Positions 7,279-9,789 of a stretch of 9,789 nt of DNA are shown here, piece after piece (position 1 is the first letter of the stretch; each line of letters starts with the position of its first letter). The stretch is from assembly GCA_048882505.1 (NCBI GenBank), contig JBHLRO010000043.1, positions 1-9,789 of the forward strand. The letters are read 5' to 3'. The stretch is from Candidatus Thorarchaeota archaeon (GTDB lineage: Archaea; Asgardarchaeota; Heimdallarchaeia; Hodarchaeales; Hodarchaeaceae). The notes beneath the pieces were generated by a model that saw only the letters and a list, made by a program, of their open reading frames with translations, made no database searches and had not been told where the DNA came from. The position numbers and the translations under genes were made by a program.

Positions 7279-8142
7279 TCACGCAGGAATGGCAGTCTTG
7301 GTGAAAGCGTCAGCTGCAAAAAGCGCGCTGCCATCGATATCAAGTCGGATAGCTCTTGCAATTTGCCTTACCTCTTCAGGAGATTTACCTGTGAGGTGGT
7401 TTTTGGCATTGTATTTTTGAATGATTTTTATTCCGTGTATATCTAAGGCAACCCGATTTGAACTCGCCAAGATTCTTTGTGGTTCTTCTTTTCTACCATT
7501 ACCTGGCCCCCCAGTGACGAAGACCTTACGGGCGTCCATGATACAAAGATGTGGCGAATAACCAAGATTCAAATCTGCGACCTTTTCCGGAACCCGGAAG
7601 CTCATATGCATCCGTATTCTTTGTTTTCTTTCCATTAAACCCACTGCCAGTTTCAAGGCACCAGTGAACTGGCCAATAAAATGGGTTTTACAGCAAGGTA
7701 GAAGAATAATTCTCGAATTGGGATCCAAAATCTGCCTAGGAAGTTTAACGGATTTCATATATTTGGCCCCCATTGATTTTAGATCCAGTTTTTCATATAT
7801 ATAGTCCTTTTCCGTAATAAGAGGAATATCAAGTTCCTCCAGTTTACCATTCATCCGTGAGGTGATTAACTTCCTAGTATCCACCTGTAAGGTGGAAGAT
7901 TCAATAACAGTAACGTCAGAGGTAATTTTTTTCAAAAGCATCAGAATAGTTATGAAGAAACCTAAATCAGTTGACGCTGGAAATGGATCCCCAGTATTGA
8001 AGTTTGGCTTTACAAGAACATGATCCCTAGGATTGATGAAATTTGTCAATCCACCCAAAGGATCAAGACATGATAATATCGTAGTTCTAAGAGACTGATC
8101 TGTGTGTAAAACCTCGGATACCAAGGGATTAGGAGGCGCCAT
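7279..8142 (-). CDS. DUF362-domain protein (no fused ferredoxin domain)
   Basis: Family-typical motifs HVLVKPN, VTVIES, LPCCKTH...TGALK, LCIMDA and ASSNRVALD. Confidence 0.8.
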   Translation of the reverse strand: MAPPNPLVSEVLHTDQSLRTTILSCLDPLGGLTNFINPRDHVLVKPNFNTGDPFPASTDLGFFITILMLLKKITSDVTVIESSTLQVDTRKLITSRMNGKLEELDIPLITEKDYIYEKLDLKSMGAKYMKSVKLPRQILDPNSRIILLPCCKTHFIGQFTGALKLAVGLMERKQRIRMHMSFRVPEKVADLNLGYSPHLCIMDARKVFVTGGPGNGRKEEPQRILASSNRVALDIHGIKIIQKYNAKNHLTGKSPEEVRQIARAIRLDIDGSALFAADAFTKTAIPA

Positions 8143-8519
8143 ATCAACAAGCCCTGTGTTTTATTGAACCTAACAATGACAACAAAAACATTCAGTTAAC
8201 AATTATGAGGGATAAAGATGATTTGACCTAAGATTGACTTTTTTCTAATCTCCTTATGACTGATTGCAGAATTATCCCAATATGATGTATACTGTGTCTG
8301 AAAGAGTCCCTTTATACAAGTCTTGTCATTCCCCACCTCGAGGACTCCTATATTCAGTTCCAGACTATTCTTTGGCGAAATTATTTACAGAATAATATGG
8401 TTTGGAATCGGATAAAAAAACTGGAATGAGATCGAAAATCCAGCTATGAGGAAAACGTCTTCATTAACAGATCAGGAGTTCTTCTTAACGATTGTTTAGT
8501 TTCGTGATATGATGAAAAA

Positions 8520-8540
8520 TTGTATGCATATTGTATGCAA
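8520..8540. promoter_or_regulatory. Tandem quasi-palindromic operator-like site upstream of the sdh operon
   Basis: TTGTATGCAT-A-TTGTATGCAA: a 9-bp direct repeat in which each unit is nearly palindromic, flanked by AAA and TTT, about 105 nt before ATG 8647. Confidence 0.5.
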
Positions 8541-8646
8541 TTTATCAAACAAAATCCTCATATTATTCAGCATTTATTGGAGATTTAAGTCACTACAACA
8601 ACTTTAAGATATTGTTTCTTACTAATAACACTTAATATTCGATATA

Positions 8647-9093
8647 ATGACAGGAAGTGTTTGTAATATGACTTCTGAAAGTGGAATTACCCGATTTGTA
8701 CCCAAACATGAAGCACGTTCCGCTCAATGGTGGGTTCTCCAACGTATTAGCGGGGCATTTACTTTTGTTCTGTTAGGGCTCCACATGGTTCTCAATCATT
8801 TTCTCAATCCTTTTGTTGAAGCCCAGTACCCAGATATTGTAAGGGATTATGGGATAGCGTCTTTTCGAGTTGTCCAGATTAAGATGGCGAATCCGCTTTA
8901 CTTAATCGTTTCCTTCCTCTTTGTTATTTTCTTACTGTTTCACGCCTTTAACGGTGTGAGAACAGTATGGCTTGATATAATACCAGGGGATGCATCAAGG
9001 CGATTCATTGGATGGGCTGTTGTCATTCTCATCGTGGTGCTTACTCTATTCACTTTATGGTTAAACTTTAGTGTGGCCCAGCTGCCCGGATAG
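8647..9093 (+). CDS. sdhD: Succinate dehydrogenase/fumarate reductase hydrophobic membrane anchor (SdhD-like)
   Basis: WWVLQRISG...LGLH, FRVVQIKMANP and LFHAFNGVRTVWLD; three hydrophobic segments. Alternative start ATG 8668. Confidence 0.8.
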   Translation: MTGSVCNMTSESGITRFVPKHEARSAQWWVLQRISGAFTFVLLGLHMVLNHFLNPFVEAQYPDIVRDYGIASFRVVQIKMANPLYLIVSFLFVIFLLFHAFNGVRTVWLDIIPGDASRRFIGWAVVILIVVLTLFTLWLNFSVAQLPG

Positions 9094-9098
9094 GTGAT
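9092..9098 (+). promoter_or_regulatory. Ribosome-binding site AGGTGAT for sdhC
   Basis: It overlaps the sdhD TAG and lies 5 nt before ATG 9104. It is complementary to the 16S 3' end sequence AUCACCU. Confidence 0.65.
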
Positions 9099-9103
9099 AT
9101 TTC

Positions 9104-9613
9104 ATGACAGGAAGTACTGAAAAAAGAATTCATGATACACAAGTTGCAGGTGGGAGTAAGCCGAGGAACTTTTTGAATTGGTTTAAACCGTGGGATCAGG
9201 GGATAGGAATGTGGGCTTGGTTCATCCAAAGGATGACGGGACTTTTCCTTGTATTATATCTGTTCGCCCATTTTGGGGTCCTATCAACACTACTGATCGA
9301 TCCAACGGGTGAGCTCTTCGATACCTTGACTATAAGCATGAATACACCATTCCTCCATGGATTACCGGAAATCGGCCCTTTTCCATTGGACAAGGCCACT
9401 TCCTTCGGATTCATCGTAGATTTTGTATTGATTGGCGCAATGATCTATCATGGATTCAACGGGATCAGGGTAACTATGTTTGACTTTTATCCGGAATCCG
9501 TTCGAGCCCAGAAGCGAATTTTCTGGATTTTAACGATATTAGGCATCCTAACTTGGATAATTGCGATGCTATTAATCCTTATTGTTCCAGAAATAGTTTT
9601 ACCAGGAGGTTGA
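9104..9613 (+). CDS. sdhC: Succinate dehydrogenase cytochrome b subunit (SdhC-like)
   Basis: GMWAWFIQRMTGLFLVLYLFAH and IYHGFNGIRVTMFDF; three hydrophobic segments. Confidence 0.85.
   Translation: MTGSTEKRIHDTQVAGGSKPRNFLNWFKPWDQGIGMWAWFIQRMTGLFLVLYLFAHFGVLSTLLIDPTGELFDTLTISMNTPFLHGLPEIGPFPLDKATSFGFIVDFVLIGAMIYHGFNGIRVTMFDFYPESVRAQKRIFWILTILGILTWIIAMLLILIVPEIVLPGG
9604..9610 (+). promoter_or_regulatory. Ribosome-binding site AGGAGGT for sdhA
   Basis: It lies within the last sdhC codons, 9 nt before ATG 9620. Confidence 0.65.
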
Positions 9614-9619
9614 ACAAGA

Positions 9620-9789
9620 ATGACAAACAAAAGGCATTCGCTGCTTGTGATAGGCTCAGGACTCGCTGGAATGCGGGCTGCCGTTGCTGCGCGTGAGCAG
9701 GGTATAGATGTCGCTGTTATTTCGATTTGTATGCCGGTTCGAAGTCATTCGGTTGCGGCTCAAGGCGGGATCAATGCCCCTCTTGGAAA
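9620..9789 (+). CDS. sdhA: Succinate dehydrogenase/fumarate reductase flavoprotein subunit, N-terminus only (3'-truncated; absent from the ORF track)
   Basis: My translation is MTNKRHSLLVIGSGLAGMRAAVAAREQGIDVAVISICMPVRSHSVAAQGGINAPLG. It contains the dinucleotide-binding GxGxxG and the RSHSVAAQGG motif with the covalent-FAD His (codon 9746-9748). Confidence 0.95.
   Translation, partial: MTNKRHSLLVIGSGLAGMRAAVAAREQGIDVAVISICMPVRSHSVAAQGGINAPLG

Noticed and set aside
6254-7282. Minus-strand ORFs 6254-6523, 6889-7179 and 7058-7282 (the last with a GTGA overlap on the DUF362 stop)
   Set aside because: All are antisense to the MFS gene with no motifs. The GTGA overlap is most simply coincidental.
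8143-8519. Short ORFs in the DUF362-sdh intergenic region, including a minus-strand GAGGTG SD followed by MTRLV-stop
   Set aside because: All are under about 60 codons or lack a start codon, and none has a recognisable product.
9196-9414. 72-aa minus-strand ORF
   Set aside because: Antisense shadow of sdhC.
1-9789. CRISPR arrays, tRNA/rRNA genes, IS elements, selenocysteine or pyrrolysine readthrough
   Set aside because: I found no periodic repeats, cloverleaf patterns, transposase motifs or terminal inverted repeats, and no recognised gene is interrupted by an in-frame TGA or TAG.

Overview
The window is a roughly 40% GC chromosomal region with ten or so protein-coding genes and no recognisable rRNA, tRNA, CRISPR array or mobile element. 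In order: 5'-truncated hdrC and complete hdrB (+); a convergent two-gene alkylation-repair unit (-) made of an AdaA-type Zn/AraC protein and an O6-methylguanine methyltransferase; a LarA-family (nickel-pincer) racemase/epimerase (+); a class I SAM methyltransferase (+); a DHA3/MefA-like MFS exporter (+); a DUF362 protein (-); and the start of a succinate dehydrogenase/fumarate reductase operon in the order anchor D, anchor C, flavoprotein A (+, 3'-truncated). BRE-TATA-like promoters, GGTGA-type ribosome-binding sites and oligo-T ends suggest an archaeal host, but this is inference. The most interesting points are three. First, a bacterial-type AdaA/AdaB adaptive-response pair sits under an archaeal-style leaderless promoter, and the alkyltransferase ends in a PIP-box-like tail. 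Second, the DUF362 protein carries the same His-x6-Gly-x2-Lys...His arrangement as the nickel-pincer-binding core of the nearby LarA homologue. Third, several clean operator-like palindromes have no cognate regulator in the window. All family assignments come from motif recognition by eye; no database searches were run.
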